Source: Desulfobulbaceae bacterium
Lineage (GTDB): Bacteria > Desulfobacterota > Desulfobulbia > Desulfobulbales > Desulfurivibrionaceae
Direction: 5' to 3'
Assembly (NCBI GenBank): GCA_003517965.1
Contig: DOZO01000041.1
Location: 19,526 to 83,525 of the forward strand
DNA length: 64,000 nucleotides
Each line of letters opens with the position of its first letter. The stretch's first letter is position 1. The notes beneath the pieces were generated by a model. It saw nothing but the letters and a program-made list of their open reading frames with translations. It did no database searches and was not told the origin of the DNA. Positions 36,784-46,568 of this stretch are shown in pieces. A program made the translations under genes and the position numbers.

Positions 36784-37674
36784 ATGAAGAAAGTTTGTGT
36801 GATCGGTGGAGCCGGTTTTCTCGGTTCCCATGTTTGTGATCAATTATCGGAGGCTGGTTATAAAGTATTGATTTATGACCGGACGATCTCTCCGTGGTGT
36901 CGTCCTGATCAATGCATGGTCAAGGCAGACATCCTTGATGAGGCGGCGCTGGATGAAGCGATTGAAGGTTGTGAGGCGGTTTACAATTTTGCTGCCATTT
37001 CCGATATAAACGAGGCGTTGGATAAGCCACTTGAAACGATTAAGGTTAATATCCTCGGTAATGCCATGGTGCTTGCATCTTGCCGTCGCCACGGGGTGAA
37101 ACGCTACATCTACGCCAGTACAGTTTATGTGCACAGCCGTGAAGGCGGTTTTTATCGTTGCAGCAAGCATGCCTCCGAACAGTTTGTTGAAGAATATCAG
37201 AGCCGTTATGGACTTGATTTTACCGTGCTCCGTTATGGCTCGCTGTATGGGCCGCGTTCTGACCAGCACAATGGGCTGTGGCGACTGGTCAAGAAAGCTT
37301 TGGAGACTGGGAGAGTCAGCTACGAGGGCAGCCCGGAGGCCATGCGTGAATATATCCATGTCGAAGATGCGGCACGGGCCAGTGTCATTGCCCTTGGGGA
37401 GGAGTTTCGCAACCAGCATGTCGTGCTGACCGGGCAAGAGCCGATGCGGGTCATGGATATGCTCAAGATGCTGGCAGAGATATTGGGGCTGCCACAGTCG
37501 GTTGAATTTATTGAATCTGATTATGCCGGGCATTATATCCGTACTCCTTATGCTTACCAGACTCGATTAGGGAGAAAATACCTTCCCCCAATGCATGTGG
37601 ACTTGGGCCAGGGATTATTGGAGTTGATCGGGGAAGTTCAAAAAGATTATTTTTCAGGAAAAAGACAGGCGTGA
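36784..37674 (+). CDS. NAD-dependent epimerase/dehydratase
   Basis: GGAGFLGSH, NFAA, AST.YV, FYRCSK, RYGSLYG, REYIHV.D. Confidence 0.85.
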   Translation: MKKVCVIGGAGFLGSHVCDQLSEAGYKVLIYDRTISPWCRPDQCMVKADILDEAALDEAIEGCEAVYNFAAISDINEALDKPLETIKVNILGNAMVLASCRRHGVKRYIYASTVYVHSREGGFYRCSKHASEQFVEEYQSRYGLDFTVLRYGSLYGPRSDQHNGLWRLVKKALETGRVSYEGSPEAMREYIHVEDAARASVIALGEEFRNQHVVLTGQEPMRVMDMLKMLAEILGLPQSVEFIESDYAGHYIRTPYAYQTRLGRKYLPPMHVDLGQGLLELIGEVQKDYFSGKRQA

Positions 37675-38519
37675 AAGAACAAATTAAAAAATTATTAAGA
37701 ATGGTCGCTCATTCCCTGATTGGCTTGAGTGTGAAAACTCGTGCTGGACGTTATCTGCTTAATCAGATGCTTGGCGCGGCGATGGAGAGGGTACGGGAGG
37801 TATCTCATGGCAATCTTAAGTTGAGACTTGCCGCTCCAAACTCGTTGTGTGACTGGCGAGCCAGCACCTTTTCGACCAAGGAGCCTGAGACGCTGGAATG
37901 GATAGACTCGATTCCAGAGAATTCGGTTTTGTGGGATGTGGGCGCTAATATTGGTTTGTATTCTGTTTATGCGGCCAAGAAGCGTGGGTGTCTGGTCTGG
38001 GCTTTTGAGCCGTCGGTTTTTAATTTGGAATTGCTGGCAAGAAATATCTACGAGAATGATTTGACGGGAAAAATATGTATTGTGCCTCTGGCCTTGAGCG
38101 ACAGTCTTGGTGCCAGCAAGATGCGTATGACTACAACGGAATGGGGTGGCGCGCTGTCAACTTTTGGCCAGGATTTTGGTTGGGATGGGGCGGCCATTCG
38201 GCAAGTTTTTGAATTTCAGACCGTTGGCTTGAGCATGGAAGACGCAATGCAGAGGTTAGCGATTCCCCAGCCTGATTACATTAAGATGGATGTGGATGGT
38301 CTTGAACATTTCATCCTTAAAGGTGGCGTGTCAGTTCTGCGTGGCATCGAAGGGATGCTGATTGAGGTTAATGATGATTTTTATGAGCAGGCGGAGCAGT
38401 GTCGAAAGTTGTTGAGTGAATCCGGACTGATTTTGAAAGAGAAGCGCCATTCAGACATAATCGGTAATTCTACCGCAGGATTTCAGAATTGTTATAACCA
38501 GATATGGATTCGCGCTTGA
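37671..38519 (+). CDS. FkbM-family methyltransferase
   Basis: KEPETLEWID, WDVGANIGLYS, AFEP, PDYIKMDVDG.E..IL.G, LIE. Confidence 0.88.
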   Translation: MKEQIKKLLRMVAHSLIGLSVKTRAGRYLLNQMLGAAMERVREVSHGNLKLRLAAPNSLCDWRASTFSTKEPETLEWIDSIPENSVLWDVGANIGLYSVYAAKKRGCLVWAFEPSVFNLELLARNIYENDLTGKICIVPLALSDSLGASKMRMTTTEWGGALSTFGQDFGWDGAAIRQVFEFQTVGLSMEDAMQRLAIPQPDYIKMDVDGLEHFILKGGVSVLRGIEGMLIEVNDDFYEQAEQCRKLLSESGLILKEKRHSDIIGNSTAGFQNCYNQIWIRA

Positions 38520-38522
38520 GTT

Positions 38523-39164
38523 ATGAGCTTTCAGTTAATCAGTCAACCAAAGACGATTTTTTGGGATTTCGATGGCGTTATCAAGGATTCAATTGAGGTT
38601 AAGACTCAGGCCTTTGTAAAGCTGTTTGCGTCTTCTGGAACCGAGGTCGCCAAACGAGTATGTGAACATCACTTGGCCAATGGTGGTATGTCTCGATTTG
38701 ATAAGCTGCCCATTTATCTTCAATGGGCAGGAGAGGATCCCAGCCCCCCTCGGGTAAGTGAATGCTGTGGTCAATTCGGACAGATGGTGTTGCAGGGTGT
38801 GGTTGATGCGCCTTGGGTGCCGGGGGCAGAGACCTACCTTCGTGTTAATCCCCATCAGCAAATGTTTGTTCTGGTTTCGGCCACGCCGCAGGATGAGCTG
38901 GAGCAAATTCTTCAAGCCCTTAATTTGACCGGATGTTTTATGGGGATTTTTGGCGCGCCGATTCGCAAGCAAGATGCAATTCGTATGATGATTACAGAGC
39001 ATGGATTGGATGCAAGTGCCTGTCTGATGATTGGTGATGCGCGGGCGGATCTTGAGGCTGCGGAAGCTAATCAAATCCAGTTTATGTTGCGACGACACGA
39101 AACCAACGCCAAGGTATTTGCCGGTTATACTGGCCCTTCAGTTAAGGAGTTCACCGCCCTATGA
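38523..39164 (+). CDS. HAD-family hydrolase
   Basis: FWDFDGVI.DS, SATP..EL, G.P..K, MIGD...D. Confidence 0.88.
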   Translation: MSFQLISQPKTIFWDFDGVIKDSIEVKTQAFVKLFASSGTEVAKRVCEHHLANGGMSRFDKLPIYLQWAGEDPSPPRVSECCGQFGQMVLQGVVDAPWVPGAETYLRVNPHQQMFVLVSATPQDELEQILQALNLTGCFMGIFGAPIRKQDAIRMMITEHGLDASACLMIGDARADLEAAEANQIQFMLRRHETNAKVFAGYTGPSVKEFTAL

Positions 39165-39928
39165 ACCGTTTGGAAAAGATCCGAGCAATACGCACGTCGC
39201 TTGGCGAAAACCGGCCGTCAATTGGCAGCTGGATGCAGATACCTGATTCTTCTGTGGCCGAGATTATGGGGCAGGCCGGCTATGACTGGGTGGCGGTAGA
39301 CATGGAGCATGGGGCGATCTCCGTGCATCAGTTGCCGGATCTCTTTCGTGCCCTGGATCTGGGGGGTGCCTTGCCTCTGGCACGACTGGCGCATGGACAT
39401 GGCAAAGATTGCAAACAGGCACTGGATGCCGGGGCTGGCGGGGTTATCGTGCCGATGGTGGAAACGGCGGCACAGTTGCTGATGGTGCGTGATGCTTGCC
39501 GCTGGCCGCCAGCCGGGACTCGTGGGGTGGGGTTTTCCCGCGCTAACCTTTTTGGGGTGCATTTTGAGGCTTATCGCGAAGAGGCACAGGCGCCCTTGTT
39601 GGTGGCAATGATCGAGCACGTTCGAGCTGTTGAGAATCTTGAGGAAATACTTGCGGTAGATGGTTTGGATGCGATCCTGATCGGTCCGTATGACCTGTCT
39701 GCTTCCATGGGGTTGACCGCAAAATTTGATGCGCCTGAGTTTATAGCGGTGCTGAACCGCATTCATACCCTGTGTGGTAAGCAGCGCATCCCCTGCGGAG
39801 TGCATGTGGTTAGGCCGGATGCTGAAGTTTTGCAACAACGGATAGTCGAGGGCTATCGGTTCATTGCCTATTCAATTGATGCGGTTTTTCTCCATTCCTC
39901 TGCCATGGCCCCAAAAGTGAGCCGGTAG
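39161..39928 (+). CDS. HpcH/HpaI-family pyruvate aldolase
   Basis: DW..VDMEHG, ALDAGA.G..VPMV, PP.G.RG.G..RA, MIE, GPYDLS.S.G. Confidence 0.9.
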   Translation: MNRLEKIRAIRTSLGENRPSIGSWMQIPDSSVAEIMGQAGYDWVAVDMEHGAISVHQLPDLFRALDLGGALPLARLAHGHGKDCKQALDAGAGGVIVPMVETAAQLLMVRDACRWPPAGTRGVGFSRANLFGVHFEAYREEAQAPLLVAMIEHVRAVENLEEILAVDGLDAILIGPYDLSASMGLTAKFDAPEFIAVLNRIHTLCGKQRIPCGVHVVRPDAEVLQQRIVEGYRFIAYSIDAVFLHSSAMAPKVSR

Positions 39929-40914
39929 TGAAAGAAGAAGAAATCCGTCCCAGAAAAGTTTTCGATGAGTATCTGCGGCTGGCTGAGCTGGATGCCGATA
40001 TGTTTTTTGCTAATTCGAGTCGGCAATCGGTCCTTTGTCCCGCCTGCGGTCAACAGGGTGTTTTTGTTTTTGACAAGCATGGGTTTTCGTATGAAGAATG
40101 CCCCGCTTGCCAGACGCTCTTTGTGAGCCCGCGTCCTCCTGCAGCAGATTTCTTTCGTTATTATCAGGAGTCAGCGTCGGCAAGGTATTTTGCGACTACT
40201 TTTTATAGTGCGACTGCTGAGTCGCGCCGGGAGAAATTGTGGCGACCTAAGGCCGAGATGGTTCGTGATGTGCTGAAGAAGCATGGAGCCGATAGTTGTG
40301 CCGTATTTGATATTGGCGGAGGATACGGGATATTTGCCGAAGAATATGAGCGTCTTACCGGGGTTGCGGTAACGATCATTGAGCCTGGCCCTGAGCTGGC
40401 CCAGATTTGCCGGGGGAAGGGCTTGGAGGTTGTTGAGTCCTTCCTGGAGCATGTTCGCGCGGAACAATTGCCGCCCAGCCCTAAGGTTTTTGCGAGTTTT
40501 GAGTTGTTCGAACACCTGCATGATTGTGTAGTTTTTCTGCAACATTTGTCCGCCTTGATGCAACCCGGGGATATTTTCCTGTTTACCACGCTGTCAGGAA
40601 TGGGGGTTGATATCCAGTCTTTGTGGAACGAGTCGAATTCAATTTCATTACAGCACCTGAATTTTTTTAATCCCAAATCGGTACAGACCTTGATTGAGCG
40701 GGTCGGGCTGCGGGTAATTTCCGTGGAGACGCCTGGGAAACTGGATATGGACATCCTTTTTAACAACCGGGCGCTTATCAAGGATCGATTCTGGCGTAAT
40801 TTGCTTGTGCAGGCATCGCCGGAAGAACGTCAGGAATGGCAAGAGTTCATTGTATCTCACGGAGTTAGCTCGCATATGTTTGTTGTTTGTGAATGTCCGG
40901 AGAAATCGAGATAA
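39928..40914 (+). CDS. Class I SAM-dependent methyltransferase with N-terminal CxxC Zn motifs
   Basis: CPAC...CPAC..L..SPRP, DIGGG.G.F, FEL.EH, HLNFF. Confidence 0.8.
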   Translation: MKEEEIRPRKVFDEYLRLAELDADMFFANSSRQSVLCPACGQQGVFVFDKHGFSYEECPACQTLFVSPRPPAADFFRYYQESASARYFATTFYSATAESRREKLWRPKAEMVRDVLKKHGADSCAVFDIGGGYGIFAEEYERLTGVAVTIIEPGPELAQICRGKGLEVVESFLEHVRAEQLPPSPKVFASFELFEHLHDCVVFLQHLSALMQPGDIFLFTTLSGMGVDIQSLWNESNSISLQHLNFFNPKSVQTLIERVGLRVISVETPGKLDMDILFNNRALIKDRFWRNLLVQASPEERQEWQEFIVSHGVSSHMFVVCECPEKSR

Positions 40915-40993
40915 CTTTATAGTTACATTCCCTGGTTTTCGTCACTTTCCGGCTTTGAGCTGGATAGTTACATAACTTTTTGAAAATACTGGA

Positions 40994-41926
40994 TTGAGGG
41001 TTGTATCCGTGTCGGTTCCTTGTAAATGTCCGTTGTGTAACGCTGGCGCGGAGAAACAGTCTGCAGTGACATCCTGTGTCTATGGTGGAGAGGGGCGGGG
41101 ACATGCCTTTTTTCATTGTGGGTCATGTGATGTGCGCTATCTTTATCCTGGGCTGACCGTAGAGGAGGAGGCGCTTTTTTACTCTGCCGAGTTTGAGGGC
41201 TTCATGGCAAGCCGGGCTGGAAGCAAGGGTGGGTGGCACAAGGCCGAGGAACATATTGCTGCCAATGAATTGACTCGCCAGCGCCGCATGAAGTATCTGA
41301 GTCCTCATCTGGAGAAGGGGTGCAGCCTGCTCGAAGTTGGCTGTTCTTCAGGTTTCATGCTTCTCCCCCTGGCGACTGCTGGGCATATGTGTACTGGTGT
41401 CGAGCCTTCCGGAGTGTTCAGTGAGTTTGTCAAGAGCCATGGCCTGGCGGTTTTTGATTCTTTGACGCAACTACAGGGGGCAGTTCCGAATGCTCGGTTT
41501 GATGTTATTTTGCATTTTTTCGTTCTGGAACATATTGCGGATCCTGTGGCTTTTCTTGAGGCGCAACTTGCTCTGCTCAAGCCTGGCGGCAAGATTATTT
41601 TTGAGATTCCGAATGTTGCTGATCCCCTGTATTCAGTCTATGACATTCCGGCCTTCGAGCGTTTTTATTGGTCGATAGCGCACCCCTGGTATTTCAGCGA
41701 GCCCTCAATGCACTACCTTCTTAATCGGCTTGGACGACCATATGAGATATTGCGTGATCAGCGTTATGATCTGTCTAATCACATGATTTGGGCGAGAGAC
41801 GGAAGGCCAGGAGGTATGGGGCGTTTTACCGGGATGCTGGGAGAAGAGTTTGAGGAAAATTATAAACAGGCGCTGATCCGTATTGGAAAATGCGATACGT
41901 TGATTGGTGTTATCAGCAAGGAATAA
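40994..41926 (+). CDS. Class I SAM-dependent methyltransferase (start uncertain)
   Basis: CPLC...C.SC, LEVGCSSG, FDVI..F.VLEHI.DP, LKPGG....E.PN, H..YF. Confidence 0.82.
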   Translation: MRVVSVSVPCKCPLCNAGAEKQSAVTSCVYGGEGRGHAFFHCGSCDVRYLYPGLTVEEEALFYSAEFEGFMASRAGSKGGWHKAEEHIAANELTRQRRMKYLSPHLEKGCSLLEVGCSSGFMLLPLATAGHMCTGVEPSGVFSEFVKSHGLAVFDSLTQLQGAVPNARFDVILHFFVLEHIADPVAFLEAQLALLKPGGKIIFEIPNVADPLYSVYDIPAFERFYWSIAHPWYFSEPSMHYLLNRLGRPYEILRDQRYDLSNHMIWARDGRPGGMGRFTGMLGEEFEENYKQALIRIGKCDTLIGVISKE

Positions 41927-41937
41927 AGCGGGCATCT

Positions 41938-42855
41938 ATGGAAAAGGAAAAAGTATTGATCACAGGAGTGGCGGGTTTTATCGGCTCTTATGTGGCATCC
42001 CGATTCTTACAGGATGGCTACGCAGTTGTTGGTGTTGATGATCTGTCAAATGGCCGTGTTGAGAATATCCCCGCAGGTCTTGATTTTATTCAGGGAGATC
42101 TTGCCCAGATATCTACAATTTCCAAAATCCCATGCGATTGTCGCAAGGTGCTGCATCTGGCTGGACAATCGTCTGGTGAGATCAGCTTTGACGATCCGGT
42201 TGCCGACCTGGAGAAGAATGTTGTTTCTACGCTCAATCTGATTCGTTACGGCATAGAGAATAAAGTTGAGTGTATGGTCTATGCCAGCTCGATGTCGGTC
42301 TATGGCGCGGTTGAGAACGAAGCAATCAGCGAGAGTCATGCCTGTAAGCCACTGTCTTGTTATGGAGTGGGCAAACACGCTGCGGAGGGTTATCTGCGTG
42401 TCTATCAGGGTAAATTGCCATTTGTTGCCTTGCGCATGTTTAATGTCTATGGGCCAGGGCAAGATATGCGCAACCTCAGACAGGGGATGGTAAGCATCTA
42501 TCTGGCGCAGGCGTTGAAAAGTGGCCGGATTGAGGTTAAGGGCAGCACTGACCGTTTTCGTGATTTTATCTACATCGATGATGTGGTCGAAGCCTGGTTT
42601 CGTGCCGCCACTTATCCTTCGGCAATAGGGCAGACACTTAATGTTGGTACGGGTGTTAAAACCACGGTAGAGACACTTCTGGGACAGGTGTGTCAGCTTG
42701 TACCGGAAAGCACTTATTTTGTACAAGGCGCAACCCCCGGCGATCAGAGCGGTATATTTGCTGATACCACGGCTTTGAGAAGTTGTTTGGGGCTGCCTTC
42801 CTTCACTCCACTGGAGGTCGGGTTGAAGAAGTTTGTCGACTGGGCTCGTCTTTAG
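41938..42855 (+). CDS. NAD-dependent epimerase (GalE-like)
   Basis: ITGVAGFIGS, DDLSNG, HLAGQSSGE.S, ASSMSVYG, Y..GK, R.FNVYGPGQ, RDFIYIDDVV. Confidence 0.88.
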   Translation: MEKEKVLITGVAGFIGSYVASRFLQDGYAVVGVDDLSNGRVENIPAGLDFIQGDLAQISTISKIPCDCRKVLHLAGQSSGEISFDDPVADLEKNVVSTLNLIRYGIENKVECMVYASSMSVYGAVENEAISESHACKPLSCYGVGKHAAEGYLRVYQGKLPFVALRMFNVYGPGQDMRNLRQGMVSIYLAQALKSGRIEVKGSTDRFRDFIYIDDVVEAWFRAATYPSAIGQTLNVGTGVKTTVETLLGQVCQLVPESTYFVQGATPGDQSGIFADTTALRSCLGLPSFTPLEVGLKKFVDWARL

Positions 42856-42892
42856 TCGGATTACTGAGATAAAAAATATTTTAGAGAGAGCT

Positions 42893-43642
42893 ATGAAGAT
42901 AATCGCACTTATTCCCGCCCGCATGGGCAGCAGCCGTTTTCCCGGTAAACCGATGGCCCTGATTCTTGGTAAGCCAATGATTGGCCACGTTTACGAACGG
43001 GTAGCTAAATCCAACTTGCTGGATTTGGTGGCGGTGGCCACCTGTGACCAGGAAATCTACGACTACATAGAATCCATCGGTGGTACGGCGGTGATGACCG
43101 GCAATCACCACGAAAGGGCTTCTGATCGTTGTGCGGAAGCGTTGTTGGAGCTGGAGCAAGTTAACAAGACGCGCTACGATGTTGTCGTGATGGTTCAGGG
43201 TGATGAACCGATGACTCATCCCGACATGATTGCCGAAGCCGTGCAACCGCTGTTGGATGACCCGGAAGTACAGGTGGTGAATCTGCTTGGCCGGATCAAC
43301 GACACGACCGAATTTGAGGACCGCAATTGTATCAAGGTGGTATGCGATCTTAATTCCAATGCGCTGTATTTTTCCCGTGAGCCTATCCCGACTCGATCCA
43401 AGGTTGATGAGGTGCCAATGGGCAAGCAGGTGTGCATTATTCCGTTTCGGCGCGATTACCTGCTGGAATACACTCGCCTGGCACCCACTCCTCTGGAAGT
43501 GGTAGAGTCGGTTGACATGATGAGGGTTTTGGAACATGGCATGAAAGTGCGTATGGCCCCCACTATACATCAGACTCAAGCGGTCGATACCCCTGTTGAC
43601 TTGAAGAGGGTTGAACGGTTAATGCAGAGTTTGAATGCCTGA
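42893..43642 (+). CDS. KdsB-like CMP-ulosonate synthetase
   Basis: IPARMGSSRFPGKP, VATCD, SDR..EA, VQGDEP, ALYFSR.PIP, LE..ES.D..R.LE, VDT..DL. Confidence 0.9.
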   Translation: MKIIALIPARMGSSRFPGKPMALILGKPMIGHVYERVAKSNLLDLVAVATCDQEIYDYIESIGGTAVMTGNHHERASDRCAEALLELEQVNKTRYDVVVMVQGDEPMTHPDMIAEAVQPLLDDPEVQVVNLLGRINDTTEFEDRNCIKVVCDLNSNALYFSREPIPTRSKVDEVPMGKQVCIIPFRRDYLLEYTRLAPTPLEVVESVDMMRVLEHGMKVRMAPTIHQTQAVDTPVDLKRVERLMQSLNA

Positions 43643-45524
43643 CCGTGAGATAGATAACGCAGACAAGGATTGTGTGTTGCTCGTCTGGGATTTGGAAGGT
43701 TTGCCGCCGGTCGGCGACTGGACGGCCGTGTTGTGGCGACAATATACGGATGAGAAAAGCCGCAAGGTTGTTTCGATTCCGGGCTTGGTCGATCAGTGCG
43801 CTGATGAGTTAAGGGCAAGATATCTGGCTTGGATATATGACCTCGGTGAAGCGCGTATTAGAGGTGGGCGCGTTGTTGATCATCTACAGATCCGGCCCGG
43901 GTTCAGCTATTGGTGGATGTCATCACTGGCGCAGAAGTTCAATATATCCGGCACATCGGGGATTGATGACGCAATCAAGCTGTTAGCCTTGGAAAGGTTG
44001 GTCAACGAACGTCAACCGCGCATCATTTTGCTGGCGACCGGCAACCAGCGACTTGCGGTTTGTGTACAGAATTTTTGCCGTAATCAAGGCATTGGTGTTG
44101 AATCTCGTTACGGGGTAGTTGCACAATCAAGAAAAAACTTCAGTTCGGTATTTCGATTTTTTCCGTATTCGTGGTGTGCCTTCATCTATCTAACTTGGTA
44201 CGTTGTCAGGGTCATTCCTTTTTTGTTACGGAGAAAGCCAACTCTTAAGTCTGCAGGGGAGGTGGCATTTATCGATGTTCTGACGCATTTGGACAGACGG
44301 GCCATCCCCGCAGGCAGGTTTTTCTCCAATTACTGGACGGAACTGATTGGCAAGTTGTCTGAGTGGCAAATTAACTCTACCTGGCTGCATCTCTTTTTTC
44401 GCCATTCTGGCATTGCCTCGCCGATCCAGGCTCAGAGCCAGGTCGAGCGCTTCAATGAAAACGCTCGGGGTGCGCAGTTCCATGCACTGATCGAACGTTC
44501 ATTGAATATCCGTGTGATCTTTAAGGCGCTGCGTGATTATTTGGCGATACGTCGGGCGAAAACTTTATTGAGTGAGATCAGTAAGATTTGCCCGGGTGGT
44601 TCCGATCTTGACTTGTGGCCATTACATGTTGAGGAGTGGAATGACTCCCTTGGCGGCAAGGAGGCAATGATTAACTGCCTGAGACTGGCGCTGTTTGAAG
44701 CTGCCGTCAGTAGCCTTGCTTGTCAGCGGATTGGCGTCTACATTGCCGAGAATCAGCCATGGGAAATGGCCCTTATTTACACGTGGAAAGCTGCCGGGCA
44801 TGGAACACTGGTCGGGACACCACATACAACTGTTCGTTTCTGGGATCTTCGTTATTACTACGACAGGCGCAGTTACGAAAGAAGGCAGACGAACGACTTG
44901 CCGATGCCGGATCTTCTGGCCGTAAACGGACCGGTTGCAAGGGATGCTGTTCTGGGAGGGGGATTTCCGGCTGATAGAGTGCGTGAGGTTGAGGCGTTAC
45001 GATTTCTTTATTTGCTCAGGACAAGGGAGCACAGTGCAACTACTTCTCCGGCCGGCAGGGGGTTGCGTGTCCTGGCCTGCGGCGATTTTCTTCCCGAGGT
45101 CAGCCGGAGGATTATTTCGTGGCTGGAAGTCGCGGCGAGCACATTACCACCTGATACGACTTACGTGTTCAAGCCCCATCCTGCTTATCCTCTGACTTCC
45201 ACTGATTATTCAGCAATGAAACTGGAAATAACTGAGGCCCCCCTGCATGATTTATTGAGTGACTGTGACGTGGTGTTTGCGAGCAATATCACCTCTGCGG
45301 TGGTCGATGCATATTGTATGGGCGTTCCCACGGTGCAGATGCGGGATGGCAGTTCCTTTAACCTCAGTCCTCTGCGGGGACTGAAAGGTATGATAAGCGC
45401 TAATACTCCTGAGGAATTGGCCGGAGCGTTGCTTGAGGCAAAAGGGCGGGCAAGTGAAGCGGGTAGACAATATTTTTATCTGGATGCTGCATTGCCGCGC
45501 TGGCGTGTTTTGTTAAGCGAATAG
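43635..45524 (+). CDS. Large surface-carbohydrate biosynthesis protein (Leptospira LIC13510-like, putative transferase)
   Basis: SYWWMS...K, SNYW, ENQPWE, H.TVRFWDLRY, VEALR, KPHP, TSA.VDA. Family recognised from recall. Confidence 0.65.
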   Translation: MPDREIDNADKDCVLLVWDLEGLPPVGDWTAVLWRQYTDEKSRKVVSIPGLVDQCADELRARYLAWIYDLGEARIRGGRVVDHLQIRPGFSYWWMSSLAQKFNISGTSGIDDAIKLLALERLVNERQPRIILLATGNQRLAVCVQNFCRNQGIGVESRYGVVAQSRKNFSSVFRFFPYSWCAFIYLTWYVVRVIPFLLRRKPTLKSAGEVAFIDVLTHLDRRAIPAGRFFSNYWTELIGKLSEWQINSTWLHLFFRHSGIASPIQAQSQVERFNENARGAQFHALIERSLNIRVIFKALRDYLAIRRAKTLLSEISKICPGGSDLDLWPLHVEEWNDSLGGKEAMINCLRLALFEAAVSSLACQRIGVYIAENQPWEMALIYTWKAAGHGTLVGTPHTTVRFWDLRYYYDRRSYERRQTNDLPMPDLLAVNGPVARDAVLGGGFPADRVREVEALRFLYLLRTREHSATTSPAGRGLRVLACGDFLPEVSRRIISWLEVAASTLPPDTTYVFKPHPAYPLTSTDYSAMKLEITEAPLHDLLSDCDVVFASNITSAVVDAYCMGVPTVQMRDGSSFNLSPLRGLKGMISANTPEELAGALLEAKGRASEAGRQYFYLDAALPRWRVLLSE

Positions 45525-45644
45525 TGCCATGAGTTGGCATTTTTTTGTCTCGGTCTTGCAGAGGCCAGTTTGGCAGTGAAGAAAGGTGGGGGCTCATATT
45601 TTGCCCCTCCCCCTGGTTCTTGAAAAGCAACAAGGTGAAGTGTT

Positions 45645-46568
45645 TTGTTGATCTCGGTAATCATCCCCACTAAAAATCGTGCCAAGGATCTGCTGGAAGC
45701 GGTTGCCTCAATCATTGTTCAGGACCGGTTGCCGGATGAGCTGATTTTGGTTGACCAAAGTGACAGCGATGCCTCCCGCTCGGCGATAGATGAAATGGTC
45801 AGGAAAGCGGGCGAACCACTATCCCTGATCTATGTTTACGATCCGCGCATCAGCGGGTTGGTGGACGCAAAAAGAGTGGGCGTCGCGAACGCAAAAGGCG
45901 ACGTGGTGTGCTTTCTCGAGGATGATGTGGTGCTGGAACCGAGCTATATCGGGCAGATGGAAAATGCTTTTGCTGGTAATCCAACGATGATGGGTTGCTG
46001 TGGCGTGATGACCAATCTGCCCAAGTTACCTTCTAACTATGTGCTGTTCTTCCACCTGTTCCATCGCGGCATCTTCCACGATCCCCGAGTGGGGGTCCAC
46101 GGACATCTTATCGGCAGGGGGGACAAGTTGATCCCAAGCAGATACCTGAGCGGTGGCACCTCTGCTTTCCGCAAGAATGTATTCGAGCAGGTATCTTTTG
46201 ATTTGGCAAATGCTTTTTTTATGCTTGAGGATATCGATTTTTCGATGCGTGCGGTAGTCGTGTTTGGCGATTGTTTTTATATCAATCCGGGGGCACGTCT
46301 GGCGCACTACATGTCGCCGGTGAATCGTGCGGTGTTGGGGAACAAATATAGGCGCAAGCTGAGGGAGTTCCTGGTGTTCTACAAGAAGCACGGAAATGGG
46401 GCCAATCAGTTGGCCGCGCTGATATGGTTGTTGACCGGGCTGGGGGCGGAGGCGATGCTTACCTCGCTGAGGGTTCGGAACCCAGATCCATTGGTTGGAT
46501 ATATCCGTGGTTTGTTGGATGGGGTCCGCTGGACAGTGTGTCGCGCAGAAGGCGTCGGCAGACCATGA
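45645..46568 (+). CDS. Glycosyltransferase family 2
   Basis: ISVIIPT.NR, VDQS, G...A.GD...FL.DD, EDIDFS.R. Confidence 0.88.
   Translation: MLISVIIPTKNRAKDLLEAVASIIVQDRLPDELILVDQSDSDASRSAIDEMVRKAGEPLSLIYVYDPRISGLVDAKRVGVANAKGDVVCFLEDDVVLEPSYIGQMENAFAGNPTMMGCCGVMTNLPKLPSNYVLFFHLFHRGIFHDPRVGVHGHLIGRGDKLIPSRYLSGGTSAFRKNVFEQVSFDLANAFFMLEDIDFSMRAVVVFGDCFYINPGARLAHYMSPVNRAVLGNKYRRKLREFLVFYKKHGNGANQLAALIWLLTGLGAEAMLTSLRVRNPDPLVGYIRGLLDGVRWTVCRAEGVGRP

Noticed and set aside
27271-39303. Additional GGCGGTAG octamers (~27271, ~39292) as internal ops sites
   Set aside because: Both lie inside coding sequence and lack the nnTG ending, so they are probably chance matches.
45525-45546. Internal terminator TGCCA-TGAGT-TGGCA-T7
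   Set aside because: The stem is only 5-6 bp. It is plausible as an RfaH-bypassed terminator but too weak to call.
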